A DNA stretch of 64,000 bases from IMG/VR virus record IMGVR_UViG_3300025922_000011. One strand, given 5' to 3'. A program made the position numbers and the translations under genes. The notes beneath the pieces are model-generated. The model had not been told where the DNA came from and did no database searches. It saw only the letters and a list, made by a program, of their open reading frames with translations. Origin of the DNA: an uncultured virus (IMG/VR IMGVR_UViG_3300025922_000011). Lineage: Duplodnaviria > Heunggongvirae > Uroviricota > Caudoviricetes. Below, in pieces: positions 1-9,161 of this stretch. Each line of letters begins with the position of its first letter. The stretch's first letter is position 1.

Positions 1-1
1 G

Positions 2-532
2 CTCGCGCACCAGATCCGAATCGATTCGATCCCGCTCCCACACGGTGTACAGGATCGTGGCCGCTCCAATCGCGCGGCGCAGGGTGATGGCGCGTTGCGG
101 ATCGGATTCCCCGAGCGTGCTGCGCGGCAAAATGATCTGGCGCGCATGCGTCGCATCGCGCACCACCGCGTGTTTGATCAGCGGGACTTGCTCGCTCACG
201 CTCGTACGCCGCAGATCCCCCACCTCGGCCTCGATCTCGTCAGGTAACCCCGCGACATGCACCGGCTCTGGCATGCCGGCGGCATTGACGACGACGTTCG
301 AAAAGCTACGGAGTAGGACCGGAATGCCGGTCTGTGCCAGAGCGCGCGCGTGTTTGCGCACGGCCACGCCTGTGCCGTCCCACGGCGTCTCGAATTCTCC
401 CTGGTAGAGCACACCGAATGGATGCTCGGCGGCCTGGCCCGCCGCGAACAAGGGCTTGTTCGCGAGCTCCGCAATGTCGGGCTGCCGCTCAAGAGAAACC
501 TCGTCGGCCTCGTATGCCTTGAGATCCGCCAT
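2..532 (-). CDS. Glycosyltransferase, GT4-like, N-terminal part (runs off the window)
   Basis: Manual translation from ATG at 532 (not in the ORF track): MADLKAYE...DGTGVAVRKHARALAQTGIPV...ILYTVWERDRI, typical GT-B N-terminal motifs. Confidence 0.65.
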   Translation of the reverse strand, partial: MADLKAYEADEVSLERQPDIAELANKPLFAAGQAAEHPFGVLYQGEFETPWDGTGVAVRKHARALAQTGIPVLLRSFSNVVVNAAGMPEPVHVAGLPDEIEAEVGDLRRTSVSEQVPLIKHAVVRDATHARQIILPRSTLGESDPQRAITLRRAIGAATILYTVWERDRIDSDLVRE

Positions 533-533
533 C

Positions 534-770
534 TCAGAGTTTCTTCTGCGCTTGCGCTTGCACTTCTAGACTGAGCGTGATTTCAGCTTCCGCTTCGGCT
601 TCGGCCTTCCACATCTCCTTGGCTTGCCGCGCGAGCTGTTGCGCTGTGTCGATGTGGCAGCCGCGTTCAATCGCCGCTACGAATACACGCTCGTAAAACT
701 CGAACGCGAGCGCCGAGTTGCGCAGCATGAGTTTGCTCTTCAGTATGCTAAGCTGTTCCTCTTCGGTCAT
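534..770 (-). CDS. Hypothetical protein
   Basis: Fits the operon with an overlapping junction; similar to the upstream neighbour. Confidence 0.65.
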   Translation of the reverse strand: MTEEEQLSILKSKLMLRNSALAFEFYERVFVAAIERGCHIDTAQQLARQAKEMWKAEAEAEAEITLSLEVQAQAQKKL

Positions 771-1000
771 TCGTCGCTCTGCCTTGCCTGGTTCGATTCT
801 TTGACTAAACGCTGCACCTCTTCGAAGCGAGTACGGCGAAACTCGAGAAACTTGTCTCGTACTTGCAGAGCGATCTGATTGGCGCGTTTGAAGTCGGCGC
901 CCGCACTAATCGCTGCCAGTACCGCGCGCTCCCATGCCGCATCCGCCAGCTCTTGATCCTGGACGGCATTGATCAGATCGCGCTCCTCGGTCCTCGTCAT
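767..1000 (-). CDS. Hypothetical protein
   Basis: ATGA overlap with the upstream gene; starts MTRTEER. Confidence 0.65.
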   Translation of the reverse strand: MTRTEERDLINAVQDQELADAAWERAVLAAISAGADFKRANQIALQVRDKFLEFRRTRFEEVQRLVKESNQARQSDE

Positions 1001-1608
1001 TGCACGTAAACGACCGAGTCGTCGATGCGCACGGCCCAATCGCAGCCGAGGTTACTGCAGCGGATCAGATCCTTGACCGTGACGGTACCGGCCACAACAA
1101 TCGGTGCGCCGTTGGGCTCGTCGGGGTTCACCCAGAGATCTCCGCGACACAATCCCGTCAGCCCCGGTTTACGCTGCTCCTTGGTTCTCTCGTCGACGTC
1201 GAACCACCGATGGCTCTGACGGATGAGTAGCTGCGCATCGGACAGGTGCCGATGGTGCCGGAAGATGCAGCGCGGACACGCAAGCTGTAGCCACAATTCG
1301 CCTTCGGGCCGCACGATCAGCTCGCATTCGATCCACGCGATCAGCGTCGTGTCTTTGGCGTGCTTGACCGCGAGCACGATCTTCGGGTCTCGGCTGCGGT
1401 CGGCGAGCTTCATCGAATGAATGCGCGCCTCTTCGGGATTGGCCAGGGCGAATTGATGGCGCGCCGCTTCGGTCCGTCGCCGCTCCTCGGCATCCGCGTA
1501 GCGCTTCTCGACGTCCTGGTCGTATTTCAGACTGGTCGTGCCGCCCTTCACCCAGGCGGCCATCGGCAGTTCTACGCCTGGCGCTTTAGGCACCGCTTCA
1601 TCGCTCAT
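997..1608 (-). CDS. Hypothetical Zn-binding protein
   Basis: CPRC and CSNLGC motifs; 203 aa. Confidence 0.65.
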   Translation of the reverse strand: MSDEAVPKAPGVELPMAAWVKGGTTSLKYDQDVEKRYADAEERRRTEAARHQFALANPEEARIHSMKLADRSRDPKIVLAVKHAKDTTLIAWIECELIVRPEGELWLQLACPRCIFRHHRHLSDAQLLIRQSHRWFDVDERTKEQRKPGLTGLCRGDLWVNPDEPNGAPIVVAGTVTVKDLIRCSNLGCDWAVRIDDSVVYVQ

Positions 1609-1649
1609 GAAGCTAGCACTGTTAGCAGTGCTTGCTCTGAGCTGTCAAG

Positions 1650-1940
1650 CTAGTCTTTGCTCAGTCGGTAAATGCCGTATGCCACTGCCGCGGCCAGCGC
1701 GTAGCCGGCGAATGCGGGCCACACCGGAAGCGTGCCGGCGGGCGGGGGAGTAGGCGGAGCGCTCTCGGGCGCTGGCACAGCGTCCTCACCCAAACCCGCG
1801 AGCTCGTAGGGCAGCATTTGGTTCGGGTTCATGCCCCAACCGACGTACGGAGCTTTGCTCCAGCCGACGCTGCCGTTCTCGAACGGGGTCTCCGGCTGGA
1901 ACGTCAGGTAATTGGAGCGCGGAATGGCGCTGTACGACAT
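1650..1940 (-). CDS. Small membrane protein with GLG motif
   Basis: LAGLGE motif; C-terminal hydrophobic helix with basic tail. Confidence 0.7.
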   Translation of the reverse strand: MSYSAIPRSNYLTFQPETPFENGSVGWSKAPYVGWGMNPNQMLPYELAGLGEDAVPAPESAPPTPPPAGTLPVWPAFAGYALAAAVAYGIYRLSKD

Positions 1941-2010
1941 GGCCTTGAGCTTACCCGACTCTCTGCCGTCAAGCCAAAAAGTGAGCCCCCGCCGAGCGGA
2001 AGCGCTTTGC

Positions 2011-2211
2011 CTAGGGCTTAGGCCGAAGGGTGGCTAGAACCCGCGCGGCCGCTTGACGCACTGCTTCCGTCGTCACCGAGTAGCCCTCTATGTTGACCGA
2101 CTGCCGAATGCTCTGGATGGATCGATCGCTCATAACGAAACGCGGGTCTGATCGCTGCACTTTACTAGCAATACGCAACTCAGACAAACGTGTCTTGACC
2201 GTGATGTTCAC
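2011..2211 (-). CDS. VbhA/FicA-like antitoxin
   Basis: 66 aa with SVNIEG matching the (S/T)xxxE(G/N) Fic-inhibitory motif. Confidence 0.45.
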   Translation of the reverse strand: MNITVKTRLSELRIASKVQRSDPRFVMSDRSIQSIRQSVNIEGYSVTTEAVRQAAARVLATLRPKP

Positions 2212-2789
2212 GCCGCCGCCCGCTCGCGCTCTTTCTGCAAGAGATCAAAGGCGCGCTGCAGTTCCTTGAACTTGGCCTCGGCTTTCGCTCGCTCGCCCTC
2301 GCTCCGGTAGCGGTCCGGGTGCCATTTGGCGCTGAGCTTTCGGTGCGCGGCGCGAATGACGTCCCAATCGGTGGCCGCCGTCACTCGTAGCTGCCGCCGC
2401 GCCCACGCCAGCTCCTTGGCCCTTATCCGATCCTGCCTCAGCGTCTCCTGGGGATCACGACGAGCATTCGGTCGGAGCGTTGCTGTCGCGCAAACAAAGC
2501 AGATCGCTTCCCCCGAGCCGTTGATGAACGCGTGGCCAAGGCACGTAGCCTGTCCACAAGCAATGCAGGCCGCACACGCTGGACGTTTGCAGCGCCCGTC
2601 GGCTCGAGCGACCACGTGGCAGGGCTGGTTCGCTGCCAGCCTCTGAACCCATTTGATCGGCGCTTCGACCGAGAGGTTTCGCAACCATGGCCCAAGCTCC
2701 TGCCATATGCGCACGTGCACTGGTCCTGGGGCTTGCTGCAAAACTCCAAACAATTCCCCGATCTGGTCGATGAACCGTGGCGGAGGCAC
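2208..2789 (-). CDS. Zn-finger protein with C-terminal J domain (DnaJ-like)
   Basis: IRAAHRKLSAKWHPDRY...AEAKFKELQRAFDLL with HPD motif; Cys-rich centre; start uncertain (GTG 2789). Confidence 0.85.
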   Translation of the reverse strand: MPPPRFIDQIGELFGVLQQAPGPVHVRIWQELGPWLRNLSVEAPIKWVQRLAANQPCHVVARADGRCKRPACAACIACGQATCLGHAFINGSGEAICFVCATATLRPNARRDPQETLRQDRIRAKELAWARRQLRVTAATDWDVIRAAHRKLSAKWHPDRYRSEGERAKAEAKFKELQRAFDLLQKERERAAA

Positions 2790-2800
2790 CGCTAGCGAGC

Positions 2801-3112
2801 TTACTTCTTGCGCAGCATCCCGAACAAGAGATATCCGCCGACCGCCGCCGCCAGGCCCAGGCCTATGTTGAGCGGAGTCGCCCACTCGGGCAGCGCGCCG
2901 ATGCCGTGCGTGCCCCGGGCGCGGGCAATCGCGGCCATGCGAGCCCGATCGGCCGCTTGACGCGCCGACAGGGGCGTCCGACGGGTCGGAAACACCATGG
3001 CGCTCGGGCTCATGAGGGCGCCAAGGCTGCCATCGGCGTAACTGCCCGACTGAAGGCCGAGGCTACCGTCGGAGTAGCTACCGGACTGACCGCTGAGAAT
3101 TCCGTAGTTCAT
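2801..3112 (-). CDS. Small membrane protein
   Basis: Duplicated QSGSYxDGSLG, THGIGA, C-terminal TM plus RKK. Confidence 0.7.
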   Translation of the reverse strand: MNYGILSGQSGSYSDGSLGLQSGSYADGSLGALMSPSAMVFPTRRTPLSARQAADRARMAAIARARGTHGIGALPEWATPLNIGLGLAAAVGGYLLFGMLRKK

Positions 3113-3136
3113 GGTGAGAAACCTCGAAGTGTGAGT

Positions 3137-3502
3137 CTACCGGGCGTAGCGCACCGAGCGCAAAAACTGTCGATTGTTGGAGCCACGCGAGGCGTTTCGA
3201 CGCAGAAAGGGCAAGCCCTTGAGACTCGGACCGTATTGCACACCGACCACCACGCCGACGCCTAGGGCGAGCACGACCCAAGCCCAGGACGGGATCCCCG
3301 CCTGCTGCTCGGCTTCGCCCAAGCCGGCAAAGCGACCCGCGATGGCGATGGGGTTACCGATGGCGGAGGCCGCTCGGTAGAGCGTACCGAGGTCCGAGGG
3401 GCTCATAACGAGCTGCGGGCTCATCGCGCGCGCGTCCGACGACGCGGCGCTTGGATCGTCAGAAAGAACATGAGCGCCGCCGCTCCCAAGATGATGAGCC
3501 AC
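3137..3502 (-). CDS. Small membrane protein with GLG motif
   Basis: FAGLGE followed by a TM helix and basic tail. Confidence 0.65.
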   Translation of the reverse strand: MAHHLGSGGAHVLSDDPSAASSDARAMSPQLVMSPSDLGTLYRAASAIGNPIAIAGRFAGLGEAEQQAGIPSWAWVVLALGVGVVVGVQYGPSLKGLPFLRRNASRGSNNRQFLRSVRYAR

Positions 3503-3581
3503 GCGCCCGTTGCGACCGCCGGTTGTACGCCCGTCTGATCCGGATCACCGGGTAAGCCCAAGCCACTGACCGCTACGATCT

Positions 3582-4283
3582 TCATCGGTTTTTCACCATT
3601 CTGTAGGCGATAAAGCCCGCGCCGACGGCCAAGCCGACTAGCAAGATCTTGGCGCCGGTGCCGCTCGCGGCGGCCGCTTGATCGACCTGCGTCCCCGCTT
3701 GCTCGGTCTGCAACGCACTGTCGAACGAAACGTACGGCTGTTCGCGCGCCACGCCTTCGATCGGCAGCGCAACCGGATAGACCAGCATCAAGCCCGCTGC
3801 ACTCGCTTGACGCGCGAGCGTCGCGTAGCTGCCCACGCGCTTGTCTTCGTCGCGCAAGCTGCCCCAGTACACGAAGCTGACGGCCGGGGTTTCGTTGTTG
3901 TCCTGCTCGTTGAAGACGCCTTGAGTCTGAAAGAATTCGTACGGCGTGCCTTCGAACAGCGTGTCGGCGTCATTGAGCGAGACGAGCTTGTTGCCCATCA
4001 TCGCAACGAAGCCGACGGGCTGACCGCTCGCAGCTTTCTCCACGGCATCGAGCTGAGCGGCGGTCACCGGAAAGATCGCGTAGCGGTTCTCGGGATTGGG
4101 GATGTCCTGCCATTGCGCTTCGCTGATCTCGGTAGACCAGGGGACGAAGATGCCGATCGGATAGGCCTTGACCAGGGCGGCCTGCATCTGCGTTTCGGCT
4201 TCGCTCGTCATGTTGGTCTCGGCTTGGCCGAGGCCGGAGATCGGCGAGATGGGATTGAACGCGTAGTACGCTCCGAGTGTCAT
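3582..4283 (-). CDS. Membrane-anchored virion protein candidate
   Basis: ISGLGQ near the N-terminus; C-terminal TM and basic tail. Confidence 0.75.
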   Translation of the reverse strand: MTLGAYYAFNPISPISGLGQAETNMTSEAETQMQAALVKAYPIGIFVPWSTEISEAQWQDIPNPENRYAIFPVTAAQLDAVEKAASGQPVGFVAMMGNKLVSLNDADTLFEGTPYEFFQTQGVFNEQDNNETPAVSFVYWGSLRDEDKRVGSYATLARQASAAGLMLVYPVALPIEGVAREQPYVSFDSALQTEQAGTQVDQAAAASGTGAKILLVGLAVGAGFIAYRMVKNR

Positions 4284-4422
4284 GACCGTGCTCCTGCCCG
4301 CCGCTCCGCATTACCGTCCCTGCCGCCGCCTCGGGTAACCACCGATGCACGATGAAACTGTGCCGCGTTCATCGTGACGGGAGCCACCAGGCGGTAGGGA
4401 CGGTGATGCGGAGTGGCGATCA

Positions 4423-5250
4423 TCAGTGACCTGCGCAGGGCGTCACACCATCGAGATAGTCCCGCATGGCGTTACTGCCGATGAGGATGCCCGAGAATTC
4501 TCCTTCGAAGAATGCGATCGGGATCGGGATCTTCTTGAGCACGATCGTACGCAGGGTCAGGTTTGCGTTGCTCTCGACCACGTACGTAAAGGGCATCTGC
4601 GGCTGCACGTCGCGCCGATGTCGTTGCGGCAAGAGCGCGCCCGCGCTCGTCGTCATCTGCGTGTTGAATGCCGATTGCAGATCGAATTGCGCTTGCGCTG
4701 CGCTCGGTAGTCCATGCTCACCCGGTACAACCAGACCGCCCGTGAGTGACGGTGCGTAGGCGATCTGCGAGGGCTTGGGCACGTTGGGCGTGATCTGGTA
4801 CTGGATATTGGCCGTGTGGTGGTCGCTGAACACGACGTCATGGCCGATCGAGAGCGCGAGGCTTCGATCGGCGATGGGCTCGACGTCGCCCACAATCGTG
4901 CCCGTCGGCTGATACACGTCGAAGCGCCAATCGAACAAGAGCAGGAGCATGTTCTCGGGCACGCGGAAGCTACCGAGCTCGACGGTGAAGGGGCGAACCG
5001 GGGTGGCTGTGAAGATGCCGTCCGTCGGCAGCTTTCGAAACAGACGCTCGGTCGAGATGACCGTCGGGTGCTGCGCCAAGTTCATCAGCTGGCCACCCGC
5101 TAGCTGAACGCGTATCGCCCCGCACGCATTCATTGGCGGCTCGGGCCGCTCGCGCACGAACGCTTTTATGTTCGCGCTCGGGGCGGCGCCAAGCTGCTGC
5201 GCTGGAATGCCAGCGCGGCCAAACATCTCTTTCCAAGCGGGCTGGGTCAT
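4423..5250 (-). CDS. Putative jelly-roll minor capsid protein
   Basis: Beta-rich pattern ending FFEGEFSGILIG; adjacent to two similar proteins; fold is inferred. Confidence 0.45.
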   Translation of the reverse strand: MTQPAWKEMFGRAGIPAQQLGAAPSANIKAFVRERPEPPMNACGAIRVQLAGGQLMNLAQHPTVISTERLFRKLPTDGIFTATPVRPFTVELGSFRVPENMLLLLFDWRFDVYQPTGTIVGDVEPIADRSLALSIGHDVVFSDHHTANIQYQITPNVPKPSQIAYAPSLTGGLVVPGEHGLPSAAQAQFDLQSAFNTQMTTSAGALLPQRHRRDVQPQMPFTYVVESNANLTLRTIVLKKIPIPIAFFEGEFSGILIGSNAMRDYLDGVTPCAGH

Positions 5251-5260
5251 CGCCCCTAGC

Positions 5261-6217
5261 TTAATACGGTCCCGCTCCCGGCGGCTGAATGATTCGGTAG
5301 CCGTGGAAGCCGATGGTCAGGATCGCGTTGGGCAGACGAATGACCGGATCGGTGGATTCGGCGGAGGTCAGGTTGGGGTCGCTGATCCCTTCGTCGGCAT
5401 CCCATTGGCTGTCGATGAACGGGAAGTTGGCGTTCGGTACGCCGAAGCTCGAAACGTTGCCGTAGGGCGGGTTATTGACGTGCAGGGGCAGCACGTTGAA
5501 CGTCAGCACTTCGCCTCGCTCGAAGACATCGAGAGCGCCGAGGTTGAAGGGGCTGTTGATTTGCGTCGTCCAGAAGGTGCTCGGCACTGGCTGATTGCCG
5601 CGCGGGTAGCTCGATCCGGCCGTGACGAACTGGATACGGAAGTCGCCCTCCATGCTCCGCCACGCGCTTTCGTTGCTCGGGTTGATGACGTGCGGAGCGC
5701 CCGTGCCCGGGAAGGACACGGCTTCGGTCACCTGCGTGACGGGTCGGCCATCCATAATGTCCCACGCCGAATGGATCGGTCGATAGCGGCCGTACGAGCG
5801 AGACTGGAAGGTGACCGTGGTCGAGGTCGTTGGCGCGGTGAATTGAAACTGGTGCTGGCTGAGCAAGGTCGCATAGCGCGCGACCGCCACGAAGGGGCCT
5901 TCCTGGCTCACCATCACGGTGCCCTGCTGCACGCCGTTGACGCCCGCAGCAATCGGGATGTCTACGGTCATGTCCCACGGCACACGACGGCCCGGGATGT
6001 TCTCGACGTATTGGATCTTCGGATCCGCCTGGCGCGTCATCTGCGTGCGTTCCAGCATGCTCTTGAGCGCGACGTTCTCATTGAGCAATCGCTGCAGATC
6101 GCCCTGCATGTTACGGACGTTGGCGTCTAAGCCGGCCGCAGCTTCGAGCGCGCGGCGCGCTTGTGCGTTGGCCGTTCCGACTTGGCGGGCCAACTCCTGA
6201 AACTGATTCATCGTCAT
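5261..6217 (-). CDS. Putative jelly-roll capsid/penton protein with N-terminal coiled coil
   Basis: Heptad N-terminus; beta-rich body ending LTIGFHGYRI; fold is inferred. Confidence 0.5.
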   Translation of the reverse strand: MTMNQFQELARQVGTANAQARRALEAAAGLDANVRNMQGDLQRLLNENVALKSMLERTQMTRQADPKIQYVENIPGRRVPWDMTVDIPIAAGVNGVQQGTVMVSQEGPFVAVARYATLLSQHQFQFTAPTTSTTVTFQSRSYGRYRPIHSAWDIMDGRPVTQVTEAVSFPGTGAPHVINPSNESAWRSMEGDFRIQFVTAGSSYPRGNQPVPSTFWTTQINSPFNLGALDVFERGEVLTFNVLPLHVNNPPYGNVSSFGVPNANFPFIDSQWDADEGISDPNLTSAESTDPVIRLPNAILTIGFHGYRIIQPPGAGPY

Positions 6218-6274
6218 GTGATTCGTGCCTCCCGATGGGAGTACCCGAGCAACGCTCGGTACCGGTCAGATCCT

Positions 6275-6327
6275 AAAAACTTTGCCCGCCCGGATCCAGC
6301 GGAGCGAAACGCTGAACCCGAGCGAGC
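6275..6327 (-). terminator. Intrinsic terminator after the putative major capsid gene
   Basis: 18-bp stem (6284-6301/6310-6327) that pairs fully, using G.U wobbles, only as minus-strand RNA; followed by AAAGUUUUU. Confidence 0.65.
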
Positions 6328-6365
6328 TTTCTTTTTTTTGGTAGCTGTAGAGCGCGCGCCCGTGC

Positions 6366-7127
6366 TTACTGCACGTCTCGGCTGTAGAGGCCGTCGAAGA
6401 TGAACGTGACGACCTTCTGCACGGCGTCGATCGCATTCAAGTTGTCCTTGAGGGACAACATGTTGCGCGAGCCTTGCGTGGTGCCGAACGTTGCAGCCTG
6501 ACCGCCAGCGCCCGCATTCATTGCAAAGATTTTGGCTTTGCAGATGATGTTCTGCCGCGGGGGCAGCAGAATTGCGCGAGCCAGGCGAAGGATGCCAGCG
6601 TGGCCGTCCCAGCCACTGTTTTGCCAGTGGATGAGGTCGGTCGCTGCGCCCATGTCGCCCGAGATGCCGCCGCCCGTGGGGAAGTACCAGGTCGGCATGT
6701 TGGTGATCGAGTCCTTGTTGCCGGTTCCGAAGTCCCAGTGCAACTGCTCCTCGGTCTGCCAGTGCAGACGGTACACGTCTTGGATCTGACCCGGTGCTTG
6801 ACCGAAAGCAACGCCAGCGGCCCCTGCCCAGGGTGCAAGTGCCGAGTAGTCACCATTCAGTGACACCGAACCGGTGTCCGTTCCATCAATGCGCTTGATG
6901 GAGTTGCGGTACCAGGTGAAGACGCGCAGTGCGAGCACGACGTGACTCTGATCGGACGGCAGCACGCTGCCTTGGATCAGATTGGTCGTCGCTTCACTAC
7001 GAGCGCCGTTGTTGGTGAACAGATCAGTGAAGTCGCCGATCAGGCCCTGTTCGAGACCTGCGGTGCGAATGAGTGAGTCCCAGAACGGCTGATGAACGCG
7101 CTCTCGGATGGTGACTACTTTTGCCAT
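6366..7127 (-). CDS. Putative major capsid protein, single jelly-roll type
   Basis: Strong AGGAG RBS before ATG 7127; QPFWD, TNLIQGSVLP, FPTGGG and terminal FDGLYSRDVQ motifs; downstream terminator. Confidence 0.55.
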   Translation of the reverse strand: MAKVVTIRERVHQPFWDSLIRTAGLEQGLIGDFTDLFTNNGARSEATTNLIQGSVLPSDQSHVVLALRVFTWYRNSIKRIDGTDTGSVSLNGDYSALAPWAGAAGVAFGQAPGQIQDVYRLHWQTEEQLHWDFGTGNKDSITNMPTWYFPTGGGISGDMGAATDLIHWQNSGWDGHAGILRLARAILLPPRQNIICKAKIFAMNAGAGGQAATFGTTQGSRNMLSLKDNLNAIDAVQKVVTFIFDGLYSRDVQ

Positions 7128-7290
7128 GGGTATGATTCTCCTAAGGACTTCCGTGATTAGAGAGGCTTGGTTCCTCTTCGGTCCTATCGACACCTCAACC
7201 CCAGGACCGAGGTTTTCCTCTGGTCTCTGGGGCCGAAGTGCTGGGAGGTCCTAACGGCTGTCCGCTATGGACCTCCCAACTCGTCAGGGC

Positions 7291-9045
7291 TTATCCGAAG
7301 ATGCCCTGACCTCCACTGGTTTCGAGCACGCCCGCAGGCAGCATTTCATGTGCCGCTTGCGATTGGCCCGCCGAGCGCGTTCCGGCCCAGAGCTGCGGGA
7401 CAGACTGTCCCGGGATCCAGGTCGAAGTGCTCGGTACGGTTGCGCCCAGGCCATTCATGCCACTGGCGAAGTACTCACCCATGCCGGCCGAAGCTTCGTA
7501 GGACTTGACGGCGCCGATGCCGGCGGCCGCTTCTGCGATCGAAAGCTCACGGTCGAGATTGCTCGAAGGGGAGACGTGGTTGGTGTTCATGGTCTCGGCT
7601 GCTCCCATGCCGGCGGCGGCTTGAAGCAAGTCGGGATTGCTCGTGTACGCTCCGAGGCCATTGACGCCTGAAGCGAAGTATTCACCGACGCCAGAGTTTG
7701 CGAAGTACTCGCCCACTCCTGCGGCTGGTGCGTAACGCGGCATGATCGAGCCGCCCAGGCCGTACATCGCAGCGATCCGCGCTGCGGTGCCGTCACCCGA
7801 AAGCATGGCTGCGATCTTCGGCTGATTGAGCTTGTCCAGGGCGAACATCAGCACGGTGTGCACGAAGCCCGCACCCAAGCCGCCCATGATGAGCCCCTTG
7901 GTCGTGGGATTCTTGACCACCTTTTGCGTGACGTACGCGCCGCCCACCGTCGCAATGAAGCTCGCGATGAGTCCATTGTACGGCTGCAGCATCTCCAGGC
8001 CCGATGCGGCCGGTGGCGTCGCGGTTTCGGCCTTGCCCGTGATGCGAGCAAGAACCTGATCGCGCACCACACCCGCGATGAGCTTTTCGGCCACCACACC
8101 GACCGTGATGAGACCGCCGGTCTTGAGCAGATCCATGATGAATCCACCCGGATTGCGACGCAGGCTCCGGTGGTGACGGCGCCGATTGGCCCGATGCCGC
8201 CTACGATTGCTCCGATGCCGACGCCTGTGCGAGCGACGCCTGCGATTGCTCACCATCGCGTTACGTCGATGGCTTCGACGCCGACGACGACGGGGATTGG
8301 CGCGCATCGCCTTGCGACGACGACGGCGACGACGCACCGGCGCCTTGGCTGCGCTTCGGCGACGACGACGAGTGCGACGCACGGGTGCACGGCGCGCGGA
8401 TCGACGACGGCGACGACGCACCGGGGAAGCCCGGCGTGCTGCGCTTCGGCGACGACGTCGGCGACGCACCGGCGCTTTACGCGCTACCCGGCGGCGCCTA
8501 CGATTGCTCACCATGGCGTTACGTCGATGCGATCGGCGACGAGTACGCTTTACCCGACGCTTGCCAGCCTTGCGACGACGGCCTCTTTTCGCTGCGCGGG
8601 AATGACCCACAGCAAAACGCACCGTGCGGCTGCCTGTTTTTCTTTCATGCCAGGCGTTACGCCGATGCCGGCGGCGCCGTCTTTTCTTCAACATGGTTGG
8701 TGTACTCCTGTGGACGGTCTTGCGGCGCGCGGGCGCCTTTCGAGCAGAAGGTTTCGGACGCCTTTTCAGGCGAGTAGCGAGCTGACGACGAGCGGCCGCG
8801 ACGCGCGCTGCACGCGTTCGGTGCCGGCTCATGCTGGTCTTGGCGCTGCGGCGCTTATTGGCCTTGAGCGGCACCAGGTTCTTGCGCAGCTTTGCGGCTC
8901 GGCCGTAGGCGCCGCGGCCATTGATCGCGGCGATGGTCGTTACGGCCGCACCGTTACGCTTCAAACGCCGTTTGGCCGTGTAGCCGTAGCTCTTCACGTC
9001 CTTGCGGCGGATTGGAAATGCTTTGCCTTTGGGTCGTCGGGTCAT
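7291..9045 (-). CDS. Arg-rich protamine-like DNA-condensing core protein with hydrophobic middle and GxG-repeat tail
   Basis: Long poly-Arg blocks, repeated RRNA/RANP/RRNP, hydrophobic helices, repeated GVGEYF/GLG; start 9045 or 9102. Confidence 0.7.
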   Translation of the reverse strand: MTRRPKGKAFPIRRKDVKSYGYTAKRRLKRNGAAVTTIAAINGRGAYGRAAKLRKNLVPLKANKRRSAKTSMSRHRTRAARVAAARRQLATRLKRRPKPSARKAPARRKTVHRSTPTMLKKRRRRRHRRNAWHERKTGSRTVRFAVGHSRAAKRGRRRKAGKRRVKRTRRRSHRRNAMVSNRRRRRVARKAPVRRRRRRRSAARRASPVRRRRRRSARRAPVRRTRRRRRSAAKAPVRRRRRRRKAMRANPRRRRRRSHRRNAMVSNRRRRSHRRRHRSNRRRHRANRRRHHRSLRRNPGGFIMDLLKTGGLITVGVVAEKLIAGVVRDQVLARITGKAETATPPAASGLEMLQPYNGLIASFIATVGGAYVTQKVVKNPTTKGLIMGGLGAGFVHTVLMFALDKLNQPKIAAMLSGDGTAARIAAMYGLGGSIMPRYAPAAGVGEYFANSGVGEYFASGVNGLGAYTSNPDLLQAAAGMGAAETMNTNHVSPSSNLDRELSIAEAAAGIGAVKSYEASAGMGEYFASGMNGLGATVPSTSTWIPGQSVPQLWAGTRSAGQSQAAHEMLPAGVLETSGGQGIFG

Positions 9046-9161
9046 CGTTCGGACAGAGCTCTGCGTCACCAGCAGGGCAGATCCGGCGACCCGAGGAGTC
9101 ACCTAGACAGATGCGGTACCTCGGACCCTACAACGCCCCGTCCATGTCCACCAAAAAGTCG

